A stretch of DNA of 64,000 nucleotides from Eledone cirrhosa (GCA_964016885.1 OZ024740.1:47058001-47122000); one strand, 5' to 3'; shown: positions 40,151-55,621, numbered from the stretch's first letter. The notes: a model not told the origin generated them from the letters alone. Numbers and translations are program-made.

Positions 40151-40789
40151 CGTTGAACAAAGGACTAATTTTGGGATGGACGTAGAAAAATCCTTCTGAA
40201 AAAAATAATTGTTTACAAGCTTGGCAGGTGCGGTTTGCCTATGACCATCTTCGATACAAAGGAATACTAAAAGCTTTTTCCCCTGAATAAAGAAATTTTT
40301 CGAGAATGACCGGGGCAGGTCGCACTTGCTACATTTCTCCCCACCCAACCCTACTCACTGTCTCAACTCATTACTGCTATTAAAATTTTTTCAACACACC
40401 TACACCCCTACACTTATTAAAGGGGGAGAAAACCCCCCCACCACACCACAGACATGTTAAATCCCTATATATAGAACAACACACCACATACACATCAGTT
40501 TGACAAGCGCACCTCAGCGTGAAAGGTCTTTCTAAAAACGAAACAATACCTCCTACGTTAACCAAGAACTCCTAAGACCTAACCAACAAACAACAACTTA
40601 ATTTATAAAAAAATTTTTTTAAGAAAATTTCTTCTAATCCGGAAAAAAATTATTTTTTGGATTTTGTGAAGAAAATAAATTTGTTGAAAGCACAAGTGAA
40701 GCCATTTTTTTCTTCCCTCCTGTCTTAATATACCTAACTGTACCAAAGATTACACACATTTTCCAATATATATATATATAGATATATAA

Positions 40790-41043
40790 AGAAAATTTCG
40801 CTCTACATTGCTGAATACAATAAATGTAATCTGAGTTTTTCGAATATTAATAATAACATTCGATTCGTTTGCAATTATGCAAACAAGCCTCAATTTCATA
40901 GCCATGTCAGTAGAATGAACATAAGAGTAAGAATGAATTGTTTATTCTACTGACATGGCTATAAAATTGAGGCTTGTTTGCATAATTGCAAACGAATCGA
41001 ATGTTATTATTAATATTCGAAAAACTCAGATTACATTTATTAT
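40790..41043. mobile_element. Fold-back element in (TA)n
   Basis: Arms 40820-40921 and 40939-41041 are near perfect, with a ~30-bp unpaired extension on the left. Confidence 0.85.
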
Positions 41044-41410
41044 ATATATATATACAATGTCAATTAGATCCCTAGGGATTTTTGTAGAAGTTGAAAATAT
41101 GCTATGTATACGTATATAAATTTATATATACATATGTACATGCACACATATACACACACTCCCATATATACATATTGAGTGAGTGTGAAAGACCAAAAGT
41201 CATTATTGAAAGTTTCTGGATTTCGCAAAATACATATTTTTTTATTGGAGAAGGAAGGTAAGATATTTTTCCACAAAAATTTCATTGTACTGTTTTGTTT
41301 CCACTTGTGTACATTTTGAAAATGTTATCTATTAATTATGAAAATTAAATGATAGAATTCCATATGTAGGTTGGCCCCCTTCATCTCCTGGCAACCAATA
41401 TCTTTAGACC

Positions 41411-41503
<93 letters not shown>

Positions 41504-41512
41504 TATATATAA

Positions 41513-41952
41513 TTAGTGTGGGATGCTTAAAGCGTCCGTATGCGGTATGCCTTTTGAGCACTCGATGCTTTTACAGAGCAGAGTATAATATCACATAAGA
41601 AACGGCGAATCAGTGGTGCGACGTTTTAAAATTTATTAGAATATTACAATCGTTTCTCTGGCGACCAGCTCGAGGCACGATCGATGCGATGATCGAACCT
41701 GACTCTGTATCGCAAGATCCTCATATACGTCTCGACCTTTCGAAGCAGAGTTTCCAAATGTCCAGTTAATCCCGCGGCCTTCGCTCGCCAGCTTGTATCC
41801 TGTTGTTGTCTGTCGATGAGTGGTCAAGAATTGTACACGTCATCGGTATTTCTGACGGAAAGGAGGATCTTGCGATTTCAGAGTCAGGTTCGATCATCGC
41901 ATCGATCGTGCCTCGAGCTGGTCGTCGCACCACTGATTCTCCGTTTCTTATG

Positions 41953-41955
<3 letters not shown>
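41513..41955 (-). mobile_element. Fold-back pLTR related to 35810-36168, with a degenerate HHR at 41641-41731
   Basis: Shares the GATCGAACCTGACTC and ATACTCTGCTCTG motifs. The right arm is internally deleted. Confidence 0.75.
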
Positions 41956-42007
<52 letters not shown>

Positions 42008-42274
42008 AATATATATAAAATGCCAATTATTGTAAGTTTGAATCTGACAAGCAAAAACTTATATATATGAATAAGGTAAGCCCAAATCATAGTAGATTCA
42101 AATATCACCGAAAGAAAGAGCGAGAGGGGGGAAACGAGTTGCAACAGGAATGAAACATGGATTGCAGGTTAAAATATATTCTAGATAGATGAGAAACAAA
42201 ACGAGGATGTAGTTTATGGAACACCCAAATGATTTAGAAGTCGACCTTAAGTAGGAGCAATAACATTAGGAAGG

Positions 42275-42609
42275 ACATGAACAACACCACATCATTTTGT
42301 TTTGAAAATTTTGAAAGTAGGTTTATAAGTATAAATTTTCATAAGACTTTCGTAGTTGTCTCTGTGGCCTAGCGGTAGGTACTAGAGACGGTGGTGATCC
42401 TGGCCTTGTGTTCAATTCTGGTACCAGAGGTACATGTAACCTTTTCAGTTTTTATTTTACATTCCATAGAAAAAAACTGAAGACCATGATCATCAACGTC
42501 TATGATTCCTCCAACTAGGCTACCGAGACAGCTACAAAGTTATAATGAAAATTAATAATTATAAACCTACTTTCAAAATCAAAGTTAAAAAGATGTGGTG
42601 TCGTTCATG
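42275..42609. mobile_element. MITE-like element with ~95-bp imperfect inverted arms
   Basis: CATGAACAACACCACATC...GCCTAG and CTAGGC...GATGTGGTGTCGTTCATG. Confidence 0.65.
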
Positions 42610-43015
42610 GCAAAATACATAATATTTTTTATTGGAGAAAGTAAGATATTTTTCTGCAAAAATTTGATTGCACTGTTTTGTTTCCACTTATGTATTTTTT
42701 GAAATGTTATTTATTCATTATAAAAATTAAACAATAGCATTGCATATGTAGGTGGGCCCTCTTCACCTCCTGGCAACCAATATTTTGAGACCCAGTCCGT
42801 CACTGTATGTATGTATGTATGTATGTATGTATGCATGTATGTATGTATAACTTATAAATCATACAGTTAATAAAAAGTTTTTATTTATATATCAAACGTT
42901 AAACTAATATATTGTATTGTTTGTTTTGATGTTTCTATTTACTCTACGCATACATACACACATTCATAGTACAAACACGCACACAGATACACACACATAT
43001 GCCCCCTCCACACAT

Positions 43016-43050
<35 letters not shown>

Positions 43051-43511
43051 GATGTCATACTTCTAAACGCTATACATACATTTCCAAATTTATCAAAAAC
43101 CGTTGAAACAGTAAACGGGGACATTTGAGTCTTAACAGACTATTTAAATATTTCGGAAATGTTAACAGCTCGACATTGACGCGTAAATATTTTTGTTTGT
43201 GTATATGGGGGTCTATTTGGCCGAGTTATTAGAGCGTTGGATTTTTTTTCCGAATCTCTGAGTTCAAATCCCACAGAGGACCATCTTGCCTTTCAGGATC
43301 GATAAAAAAACTACCGATCCAATACTCGCACAGCCGACATTTATTTCAGCTGTCATATCCTGGATGTTCGTTAGTTCAAATTAGAGATAGATAGTCTACA
43401 GGGTGTTTAGTCTCAACTGCATCAGTATCTAAAAGTTTTAGAGAAAGTATGATATGTTCTATCAAGTCATACTCAATTACGAAGGACAGCTGTAGTTTTT
43501 GGGACAGGACA

Positions 43512-43550
<39 letters not shown>

Positions 43551-43646
43551 AGGGAGTGTAACTTGGAGTTACTGTAGGTTCACCCGGGTGACAACTCAAT
43601 GTTTAGGTTCACTTCAGTGTCGAGGTGCAGAGCTACCATTGAAAGG

Positions 43647-43731
43647 GGTCTGACGAGCCGCGGATTTCAGAGTCGGGCTTGATTGTAACAGATCGAACCT
43701 TGAGCTGATCAGTGGTGATACGCGCGTCACC
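43647..43731 (+). ncRNA. Type I hammerhead with one core change, in a TA-flanked element (43549-43783)
   Basis: GGT-CTGACGA-GCCGC...GTGGT-GATA-CGCGCG-TC-ACC. GUC cleavage triplet and a palindromic loop III. Confidence 0.65.
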
Positions 43732-43799
43732 AACCAATAAACGTAATGAAGGAGTAAGCAATCGTCCTTGTTATTTTATTTCACTATATATATATAAAA

Positions 43800-44270
43800 G
43801 GAATTTATAGTTTACTTGAAGCATTGTATATGGTATAAAGAATTCGAAGTTTGAAAGCCATGACAAAGCAGGTTTGGTCGGAGAATAATTAAATCATAAG
43901 AAACAGGGCTAGTTTTTTTTAAAATCTTAATTTATTCATATGTCCTGATATTTCGAGATTAATATTTCATCTTCGGGGGAAAATAGAGGAACTGTTCCAG
44001 TGTCCGATGCGGCTTGCTGATACTGGAATAGTTCCTTATTGGAGTCCTATTACTTCACGTTGCCAATAAATTTCCTATAGCTTTTGTAATGAGTAAAGGT
44101 AAAAATGGTGCAGTAGTTAAAGGATTTAAGAATATCATCAGTTATGTAGGTAGTGGAGTTATTTCAATAGTGAGATTACATTGGTTTTTACTAGTACAAT
44201 AAGGCTCCATTTCAGCATGATTCAAGAGATAGATTTAAATAGTTTCATAGCTTTAAACATTTAGGTAATA
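43800..44270 (-). mobile_element. Decayed PLE 3' end
   Basis: Minus translation EPYCTSKNQCNL..E resembles the GIY-YIG tail at 19010-19050. Degenerate HHR at ~43943-43979. Confidence 0.4.
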
Positions 44271-45939
44271 TAATATACGATTATATAATATACGATTATA
44301 TAATACACCATTATATAGACTCTCATTGATTTGATGATAATGTATAGTTTCCTGAAATTAGTGTTCGTTTCAAAGCAAAGCCCCTTTCGCCATGAATTTC
44401 TAAGAACCTTCTAAGAAATAACAGAACAGTTTTATTGCTATTATAAACACAGCAATTTAATTTGTTGCAGCACTATTTCTGTCCACAATGTGAAATAAAC
44501 TTAGTTATATATTGACCGTAGACATAAAAAAATATTACACTCTGAGATATGTTGATAAACTATGTTCAAATACTTACTATCAGAATTCATTGGTCATACT
44601 GAGGAATTGGTTAATCCGATCTATATGACTACTAGTTCAGAATCTCTAAACTACTAATCCGTTGTTTCAACGATACTTTAAGATTCTCGATCATTTTATA
44701 TTATAGCTATGTGAACATAGCTATCCAAACGTAGAATTTAAATTATTATTCCTACTCTGTTGTTAAGAAATATTTTTATTTTCATCGTAGAGAAATTATA
44801 TTCTCATGTGAGAAAGTATTCCACTATAAAATGTATTTTTATCAGGATGAATAGAAAAAGAGTATTGATTTATTTGTTTCGTACGACCCGTCATGTTCTG
44901 AGTTAAGATATTACTAGGATACACCCCCTTTTCCATCCATCTTGGTCAAGAAAATAAGCAATCATCTTTGCAACTACTCCCCAACAATTATATAGATTTG
45001 TGCCAAAATTAAAAATCATTGTTAATCTAACGAAAGCGAAAACGTAGCGATATTTAAAGGAAGTCATCTAGAAGTTGGTTTTAAAGTTATATTACTTTCC
45101 GAAATAAATAAGAGCTTGTATCTTTTACCATAGCCCCGAATCCCTCAAAGTCCAGTGAGAGAAATTTGTTGGACGGTAATAGTGGAAGTTTATTGAAGGG
45201 AGAGTTCCTGTTTTGGGGTGGTAGCTCAATCCGTCGCCCTGTTTAAAATCACCATCTGACCCTTATATTCCTTGAGGGGAGTTTACTGTTGAACACATTC
45301 AGCCATGTCTCAAAACCACCTCTCATAGCTTCCTTCTAGCCACCACGGGGGGCCATGAAAAGGCTAATAGGCACTGCCTTTACCCTCTGACTAAGTCATT
45401 AAAAGGTTATTGTAACTATTGTTTAGCTTTATACAATATAGTAGTTAACATTTTGTGAGTTATATATATAAAATAAATTGCAAAATTCTAGACACATGTG
45501 TCTGAAAATATATTAAACGTTTTTGTCACATAGTTTCGGGAATGAATAGACACATTTCTGTTTCAGAACAATATGTTCTTTGTTCAAAGGTTACCATATG
45601 CTGTCAGTATAAAAATAGTGAATTATCAAGAAATACCTATAAAATTTCCGAATGTTAAGCAAATAAGATTTTAAAATTAAAACGTTATTTTATGCATGTG
45701 TGTTTTGTCTAGATATAGGGTATTTGCGTGATAAGTTCGGTATCTCTTCATTTAAAAATTCTGGCAATAATTTAGTAAAGCCTATTCATATACATGTATA
45801 TCTGTGCACAAATGTGACTATTATGCCCTCAGCTGCAATTAATAACATGATTTATTTAATAATTCAAAGTATAACTCTGTTGAATAGACAAGCACAGCTT
45901 TTAAGTGTCAACATTTTTATTATCTACTGGGACTATGAT

Positions 45940-46150
45940 AACGGTTTGGCAGAATTGGTAGGATGTCGGATAAAATGCCATTGCGGAATTTGTTCTGGCT
46001 CTTAAGATTCTGAGTTCAAATGTTTGCTGAGTTTAACTTTCACGCCTCTGAGGTCAATAAAATAAAGTACTAGTTAAGTACTGAGGGAGATATAATCAAC
46101 TTAATCCTTACCCTAAATTGTTGGATTTGTGGTAATGTTAGAGTGAATTA
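45940..46150 (+). mobile_element. Old Meta-domain SINE
   Basis: TTGGCAGAATTGGTAG head, CTGAGTTCAAAT and GAGGTCAATAAAATAAAGTACTAG. Confidence 0.65.
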
Positions 46151-47276
46151 TCTACAGGAATTTGAAGTGGTGCCTGATTCTAATTTTATATAATATGACT
46201 CGTGTTAACCCTTCATGTAAATGTAAATTAATATTCAAAACCAGCATTTTGTTGAACAATCGGCTTTATTCTACATTGCGTCGTTTCTAAATAATTGCCG
46301 AGAAATATTAAATCATCATATAGGAAATACTAAATCATCTGGAATAAATCATCTTAGATAGTGACTGACCAATAAATGTTTAAAGCTTTTGGCTAACAAT
46401 TAAAATTACTACATTCATTTTCAAGTCATTATGAGATAATGATAAATAGATGCGTTATAGAAATATTTCAATAAACGAATAAAAAAAACAGAAGTTCGTA
46501 TGTTATGATGTGACGCCTTTATTGATGTTTAGAACCTTCCTTCGAGAAAAGTTATTTTCGATATTTATGGCAGCCCTGGACATATAAGTTTAAAGATAAG
46601 TGAGAGGAATAATTAATGAAAGAGCAGCCTGGAAGCTCCCAACCCCTTTGGCACACACAGCCAGTAAACTTCAAATGTTCTTAGTTCAGAATCCATAACT
46701 ATCCCTCCCTTTTACATGCAACTGCTATAATCGTTCTGAAATAAATTCAAAGCTCAATATTTACAGACGCACCAGCTGGGCTTCACTTCAGTTTATTATC
46801 ATAATTTCCCAGTCGGTTAGTTTAATAACCTAATGGTTGTTTAGTTGTTGATTGCCTCACAATCTGTGACCTCCTCAGTGATTACTTTTGTTTTAATTTT
46901 GTGTCTCTCATTTGTTCTGTTTTACACTATCTTATTTTTGTGAGGTGCATACTTATCAACTCAAGTACAGAGCTCACAAAAGATGGTAAAAACAGAACAA
47001 AGTTACACACGAAGAAAATAGAAATATGTGGGACGAATACACAAAAGCATCTACGTTCCTGACCGGCCACCTTTGAGTAATGCAATTTCGTGCATAAGGG
47101 CTGCATTGCATAATACGGAGCTCAGCTTACCCGACGGCTTAGGATAAGATGCCGGAATGATGCATATCAGACCTACACAATAACATAAAGACAGGGGACA
47201 ACAAGTTATTGTCTTTCGACTGCGGTGCACATAAGTTGAGGATAATCTCTCTCTCCCACTCTCTCTCTCTCTCTCA

Positions 47277-47351
<75 letters not shown>

Positions 47352-47912
47352 CACACATACATACACACACACATACAGACGTATAAATCAGTCATATTAT
47401 ATCATAAATAACTCTATGAACACAAAGTCTAAAATCCAAATTCCAGAACTTCATTTACAAAATTTTTATTTAGGTATAATATATATATATATATATAGTT
47501 AAAAGAATAGAGGTGTAACACACAAGTTATTATATATTGGTAAACGGAATAGAAAGTGCTGACAAATTGTTCACAGTTGAAAAATGGTTTAATTAGGAAT
47601 AAAAGAGTATTAGTAATTGTATGGGTTAGTATTCAGTTGTGGTTTTAAGTTTTTAAGTTTTTACCGGTTGCGCATTTCTAAATGGTTTTCAAAAATAATT
47701 TTGAGATAGAGTGTCCGTGTTGTTTGCTCTGAAATTAGCGAGAATCGTATTTCGGCTTAGGAATTAACGAAAAACAACTTCCGAGATGTGTGGCAAGCGC
47801 TCAATGATTCAGATGAACCAGAGCTACAACATACGTTAAAGGCCAAACACACTGAGACGATGGTTAAACAATCATCCGCACAGCCATAAAAACGACCAAG
47901 TAATTCGGGTCA

Positions 47913-48036
<124 letters not shown>

Positions 48037-49572
48037 TGATAGAGATAGAGTAAGCAAAAATACATATAAAGGCAAACGCCATTCTACTTACATTATAATT
48101 GGTAAATTCAATCATAATCACTTAGACCGCAATATATATTATATATATGCCAACGCATGACGTATAACGTTTTTAAAATCCGTGGTAATTACCAACCAAC
48201 TATTGTAAATATTTACAAGAAGCAAGTATCTTTTTAGTGGTTGCCGGAAACAGATGCACTTAAAATATATGATTGCACCATAGTATACATAGACATAGAG
48301 AAACATATATATAAATACTGGTATATCTTCTCTTTTTGTTTAAAGTTACTTGAAGTGTCTAGGATATATTTAACAATGTGAAAATTTCATCCTTCGCAGT
48401 GTCTATGGAAAGATTTGGAGTAAGTGTGTAAGCTACTTAGGATGTTTTCCATGGTAGTTATAGGTTATCATCGATTCAATCGGTTTCTATTCCCATTTAG
48501 AACAAATCTGATTTGGTCTCGTAATGTTATAAAAAATAAGCATGAATATAACAATTCTTTTCTAAAAATCATCAATATCTTGTTCTATATTTTTAGTATC
48601 AATACTGTGATATTCCTGAAGATTAGTTTTGTGGATTTTATGTGTCACATTCAGAGAAAAGATTTCTGTTAATTTTTACCACGGTCATCATGTTGATATT
48701 TGAAATATTGTTTATCGTTTGAGATGACCTGATCTTGATCTTGTTTTACTATATTTTATGGACAAGAGAATCACAGTATATAATTTTTCAAATTACAGTG
48801 TAACACCAGTGTTATTTCTAGCACATCATTTTCCCGTTTAGAAGCTAATTACTCGATCAGATGAATGCTTTGATATATATTTAGTCGCATAATTGGTTAA
48901 ACTTATATTAAGCTCCACGTTACAACTGGACTGAAATGGCTTAAGTTAAAATAAAATCCACAAAATAGTATAGATGTCTAAAATGCAGTAAATTAAGTTT
49001 AGGTTTTACGGTTCTGAATGGATTCTACTTATTTTTGTTATAGTCATTCACTGATATTATCAGATGTTACTTTTAATACTTTACAAATAACTAACAAAGA
49101 CAGCGATTCATGGTCACGTATAGATAATAGAGTCAAGAAAATGAGAAATGTCAACAGGTATTTTATATATATAAATACACGTAAGTAAATATCGGAACAA
49201 TCAAAATACCAAGCATAATAATGGACATTATATAGGTGTTTGGCAGAACATAGGAAATGCATATATAGAAATATGATCAGAAACATAAAAGAAAGTAATT
49301 GTTTTATACTTTTGATATTTAGTTTTCTATACGCTATTCAGAGATGTTTTCATATTGAGTGGATCAGGTTGCAGTTGGCGCCAAATCTTCGCTGAAAAGG
49401 GTACATTTATTGAGTTTGAAACGATAGCATTTTCACATACTATACCATCTTTGAATCACGCGTAGGATTATATCAGGATTTGTAACTTTGTTAGCTTTCT
49501 TGCTTCATCTGATATGACGGTGGAATTAAACTAGGAAAATATTTCCTTCCTTTTTCTCCCCCCCTCTCTCTC

Positions 49573-49633
<61 letters not shown>

Positions 49634-49999
49634 CTCTCTTCCTTTTGAAATAATTTAATCATACATTTATAAAGCAATTAACATTATTATTAAATATTCT
49701 TAAAGGTAAATGTATGTTTTTGAATAAACAAAAAAAATATGGAAAGACATTTGATTACGAAGAAAACGAAATATTTGTATTTGTTGAAATATTAATATAT
49801 TTGCTAAAGCATTTACTCCTGCAGTAAAATGATGATTTCCTTACACGTGGTGTCGGGTAGAAGCATGCAATTCATTTGAAATTAACATTGAAATATTGCA
49901 ATATTGTAAACTACTGTTGTAGAAATATAAATCGCTTACCCCCTCCCCCCGGAAAGTTTTGTTGTTAAGCCTCTATATCAAGCAGCTAATTTAAGTCTC

Positions 50000-50747
50000 A
50001 TGCTCTCCCTATAGCTGCAGTGGCCTCAAGGAAAGATCTGCATTCGGACTCTCCGTTTGCTGTATACACATGTACCACCCACAGAAACCTTTCATTCAGC
50101 CTAAGCTTCAAGAGGCCAAGCAAGTGGAGAAGTTCAAGTATCTCGCGTCTGTGTTTATAAGTGATGGAAGGCAGGAGGCCTAATTAAGAGCAAACATTGC
50201 TGGAGCTGGTGCAGTAGTGCGCCAGCTTCAGCATTCGGCCATCATAAGAAGAGAGATAAGTGTAAAAGCCAAACTCGCTATCTTCAATTCGGTATTCGTA
50301 CCAACCCTTACCTATGGTCATGAATTTAGGGTAATGACCGAAGGAATACGATCGCGACTACAAGCGACCGAAATAGGGTTCCCCCGAAGAGTCTTTAGAA
50401 TAACGTTACTCGATTGAATGTATAGCTCGGATACCAGAAATTCACTCCAAGCAGAGCCGCTACTTCTCCGAATTGAGAGATCACAATTCCGATACTACAG
50501 ACATATGGTTAGAATGTCAATGGAAAGAATCGCTAAACAGATTTTACAGTCAAAAGCACCCGACATGAGACCTATGCGTAGATCCCGCGCAAAATGGTTG
50601 GATAACATCCATGAGCTCAACTGGTCTCACTTGAGGATCCAGTACGATCAATTTAAGACGGTAGTTTCTTACAGGACCAACTGAAAGGCGTATTTGAGGA
50701 CTCTACCTCCACGACCCTCCCAGGAATGAATCGGCGAAGAGAAGAAG
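50000..50747 (+). mobile_element. RTE (Expander/Rex3-like) LINE 3' fragment
   Basis: QVEKFKYL, KAKLAIFNSVFVPTLTYGHE, EPLLLRIERSQ.R...H..RM..ER, with a (GAA)-type tail. Confidence 0.85.
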
Positions 50748-50944
50748 GTGACGCTCACCTTACTCTGCCTCAAAAATAGAGTTAGCAAATTCTCACGAAA
50801 CATAACTTACCACCACGGTTTTCCAACGTCAAAGAGGTTGCTTTGCTGGTCCCATCAGCTAACCCGATGCTACATTCCAATTTTACTTCCGGTGTGTGAC
50901 CTATTGAACCACAATAAACTCTACAATCATATTTTGCAGGATAA

Positions 50945-51165
50945 ACCAAGGAGAAAGCCTCTGTGTGGTCGCTCTATCGGCTAGAATTAACAACAAAAAC
51001 TCACTCAAATTGAAACAGTGTCTTTAGTTATAGAAAGGAAACATTGGATAATATAATCTTAGATATATTGGTATTACGAGGTGATGGTCACGTTCGGAAT
51101 ACATTTGGTAATAGGTCAGTTTGAACGTGATTGATTTGATCTCTAAACAACAATACAGCAACAAA
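50945..51165 (+). repeat. Old interspersed repeat with an (AAC)n-like tail
   Basis: Weak similarity to ~27500-27720, ~37575-37790 and the reverse of ~30-100. Confidence 0.45.
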
Positions 51166-51353
51166 AGTTAGAATTACAATAACAACAACAATTACTGAAG
51201 TTATTTATTAACGACACAAAACTCAGCACTAGCGACAGGATTTAATGTAAATAATATCTAGACATCCATGATTCATAGTAGTTGATCATATAAAGATATT
51301 TTGGGTTTAACAGGTTAACAGTAATTTGAATCATATTCTACAAACACAAACTT

Positions 51354-51408
<55 letters not shown>

Positions 51409-51562
51409 CGTACATGTACGTCAATACTTATCTTTTTCCATTTCTCCAAGGGTTCTTAACCCCACTATCAGGCTAAATAATTTCTTTAATTTCTTTAGTC
51501 AAAATACGGCGATAGCTTACATTTCTAATAATTTCAAACCCACTCGCTGTTTCGAAAATATT

Positions 51563-51621
<59 letters not shown>

Positions 51622-51626
<5 letters not shown>

Positions 51627-53464
51627 ATACTTTGGGAGGGTCATGTTGCCAATAAGAAACACACGCACCAGTTGCTTTCACTTCAATTTATTATATATTT
51701 ATAAATTTATAAGTTTATAAATCCATAAATTTCTGGTTGGTTGGTTGGTTCCACAACCAGATAGTTGTTTATATATAGTCATAGTTCTTTCGTCACACAC
51801 TCTGTGACCTCTTCAGTGACTGGGGATTCCTTTCTTTGTTTCTGTGCCTCTCCTTTGTTCTGTCCTACGCCATTTTGTTTCTGTGTGTGTGTTGTGTGCT
51901 CAGTCTGCGCATGCGCCACATCCGGGTGTCTGTGTGTGTTTATGAGAAAAACACAATGGAAAGCATCCAGCAAATAGCAAACTCCATCCACCAGAGCATT
52001 AGAGTTACTATAGACTACCCAAGTAAACACCCCAGCCATCGATTACCTGTACTAGACACAGAGCTCTGGTTAGATACCATTAACAACAAAAAATAAATCC
52101 TCCATTCCCATTATGCCAAACCCATGACTTCCAAACATCTGATCCACCGAAACTCGGCCATTTCGGACCATACCAAAATCAAGATACTGATTGCGGATTT
52201 GGTACGGGTGATGAGAAACGTGCCCGCATGTGCAACCCCGAGGAACTAGAGAGACACATACAACACTTCATCCACCGTATGCAGTTCTCTGGCTACAATC
52301 AGAGAGATACAATCAGAGTGTATAGAGGAGCCAGAACCAAATGGGAAAAAATGGTAAATAATGACATAAATGGGACCTGCCCCTTGTATAGGAGCAAATT
52401 TTGGAATAGAATAGAAAGAACTAGGAACAAGGCTAATAGAATAAACTCATGGTATGATAGAAATAAATACCAGAGTGTAATGTTCATCGATACAACCCCT
52501 AGAGGTGAATTAGCTTACAAATTTAGAAGGACCCTAAATAAACATAAACTCAATATTAAGATAGTAGAAAGACCAGTTACCTCCATAAAAACACTTATTA
52601 GCAAGACATACCCTTTTCAAAGACCCTCATGTATAGATAAGAAATGTATAACCTGTAAAATAAGCCCCCATATTAACTGTAAAACTAGAAATGTAGTGTA
52701 TAGCATAAGATGTACTGAAGGACAATGTAGTGACAAAAATATAGTGTACATAGGTGAGACAGCTCGTAGTGTAGGGGAACGGATAAATGAACACTGGCGA
52801 GACCTTCAAGAAAATAAAGAATCATCTGTACTCTACCAACATGCAAAAATAGAACACAAGAGTAAATTAGAGAACATAGAAATAAAAATAGAATCTACAC
52901 ACAGAAAAGACGCAATGTTTAGACAAATTACAGAGGCAATAAACATAAAAGAATTACAACCAAAATTAAATAGAAAATATGAGTGGAACAGCAACATCAC
53001 AACTTACAATTAAGGACAAAATGAAAACACACACACACATAGAACAAACAACCAACCAGTAACATGTAAATAAACAAATAAATAAATGAACATAAACACA
53101 CACAGACACCCGGATGTGGCGCATGCGCAGACTGAGCACACAACACACACACACAGAAACAAAATGGAGTAGGACAGAACAAAGGAGAGGCACAGAAACA
53201 AAGAAAGGAATCCCCAGTCACTGAAGAGGTCACAGAGTGTGTGACGAAAGAACTATGACTATATATAAACAACTATCTGGTTGTGGAACCAACCTGAAAT
53301 TTATGGATTTATAAACTTATAAATTTATAAATATATAATAAATTGAAGTGAAAGCAACTGGTGCGTGTGTTTCTTATTGCCAACATGACCCTCCCAAAGT
53401 ATAACAATATCGGTTTCAACACACGATTTCAGATAAAGAATCTTGCTAAACAAATTCAGAACCG

Positions 53465-53468
<4 letters not shown>
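51622..53468 (+). mobile_element. Penelope-like element with an inverted 5' pLTR
   Basis: (TA)n, inverted pLTR 51622-51940, truncated ORF, pLTR 53014-53410, a ~58-bp extension, then (TA)n. HHRs at 51777-51821 (minus) and 53216-53260 (plus). Confidence 0.93.
51940..53013 (+). pseudogene. PLE ORF remnant: RT C-terminus/thumb, Cys-rich linker and GIY-YIG endonuclease
   Basis: LPVLD..., HYAKP, CIDKKCITC, CKTRNVVYSIRC..YIGETARS..ERINEH..E. One stop at 52094 and one frameshift near 52225. Confidence 0.9.
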
Positions 53469-53562
<94 letters not shown>

Positions 53563-53574
53563 GTATATATATGT

Positions 53575-53687
<113 letters not shown>

Positions 53688-53688
53688 G

Positions 53689-53724
<36 letters not shown>

Positions 53725-54419
53725 AATATATATATAAATATATATATATATCAACACCATAAACACAGCTGGCATATCTAAGGACTGACTAACTACAATG
53801 GCTATCATCGAAATATATATAGCAGTAAATAAAGGATTATGAGTTCATGCAGTTGACTTATGTTTCGTCACTATGAATATATATATATATATATATATAT
53901 GAAAATGTATGACCCCGACGGCAGAGCTCAAGCCATTTCGATGGCTATTTCTGGACTAAATTAGAATTTTTAGCGTGGTAAATAAATAGCCGAACTTTTC
54001 AAGGGGTAATTCCTTATATGGGAAGATTGTAGTTGTCAAGAGGATTGGTCAAAATTTCTTGTAAACACAATTAAGTCTATCATGGCAGTGGGTGGGAGGT
54101 GGGGGTGGCTGAACTTGCCTGTAGAACAATGAGGGAGTGGGTGGAGCCGGTCAAGCGTTGAAAGTGAAATCTATACAGCAAATTCTAAGGATTGTGTATG
54201 AAACTAGGCTAGAGGTAGTAGGCGAAAAAGGATTCTGGAGAAAATAGAGAAGGGACATTATAGAATAGGTAAATCAATTGAGATTAGGAGATAATAAATA
54301 AATAAGAGAAAAATATATAAAAATATAAAATTGGATAGTAAGAAGTGATAAAAAAACTGTAGAGTCTAAAACAGCTGCTATATTTAGTTGGTATTGCGTT
54401 TTCGGCCAATGCTATAGAA

Positions 54420-55232
<813 letters not shown>

Positions 55233-55239
<7 letters not shown>

Positions 55240-55575
55240 GTGAGGTTTCTTTACAAAATGAAAAATAACCGAGGTGTCCTACACGAGTGAAAGTATAAAG
55301 AAAAAAAGATGAAATCGAAAATGCAACTGGAGTCTTATTTAAAAATATATATATATATTTATTTGGTTCCTTTACCGGTTTCGCAGTTCTTCTGCTTTTC
55401 AAAAGTTGAGATGGAGGGTCTGTGGTTTTTCTCACATGTGAGAAAAACCACAGACCCTCCATCTCAACTTTACTTTTGAAAAGCAGAAGAACTGTGAAAC
55501 CGGTAAAGGAACCAAATAAATATATATATTTTTTTAAATAAGACTCCAGTTGCATTTTCGATTTCATCTTTTTTT

Positions 55576-55581
<6 letters not shown>
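55233..55581. mobile_element. Fold-back element, loopless palindrome with ~140-bp arms
   Basis: Centred on CTCACATGTGAG (55431-55442). Degenerate HHR TTGAAAA-GCAG/CTG(C/T)-GAAA-CCGG-TA at 55473-55508. Confidence 0.88.
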
Positions 55582-55616
<35 letters not shown>

Positions 55617-55621
55617 CATAT

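Larger units (their letters stand above)
37921..42805. mobile_element. hAT-like non-autonomous element termini enclosing nested insertions
   Basis: CAGTGGTGGACTGG (37921) and CCAGTCCGTCACTG (ends 42805), with TATGTATG on both sides. The subterminal block is duplicated at 41225-41414 and 42610-42797. Confidence 0.55.
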
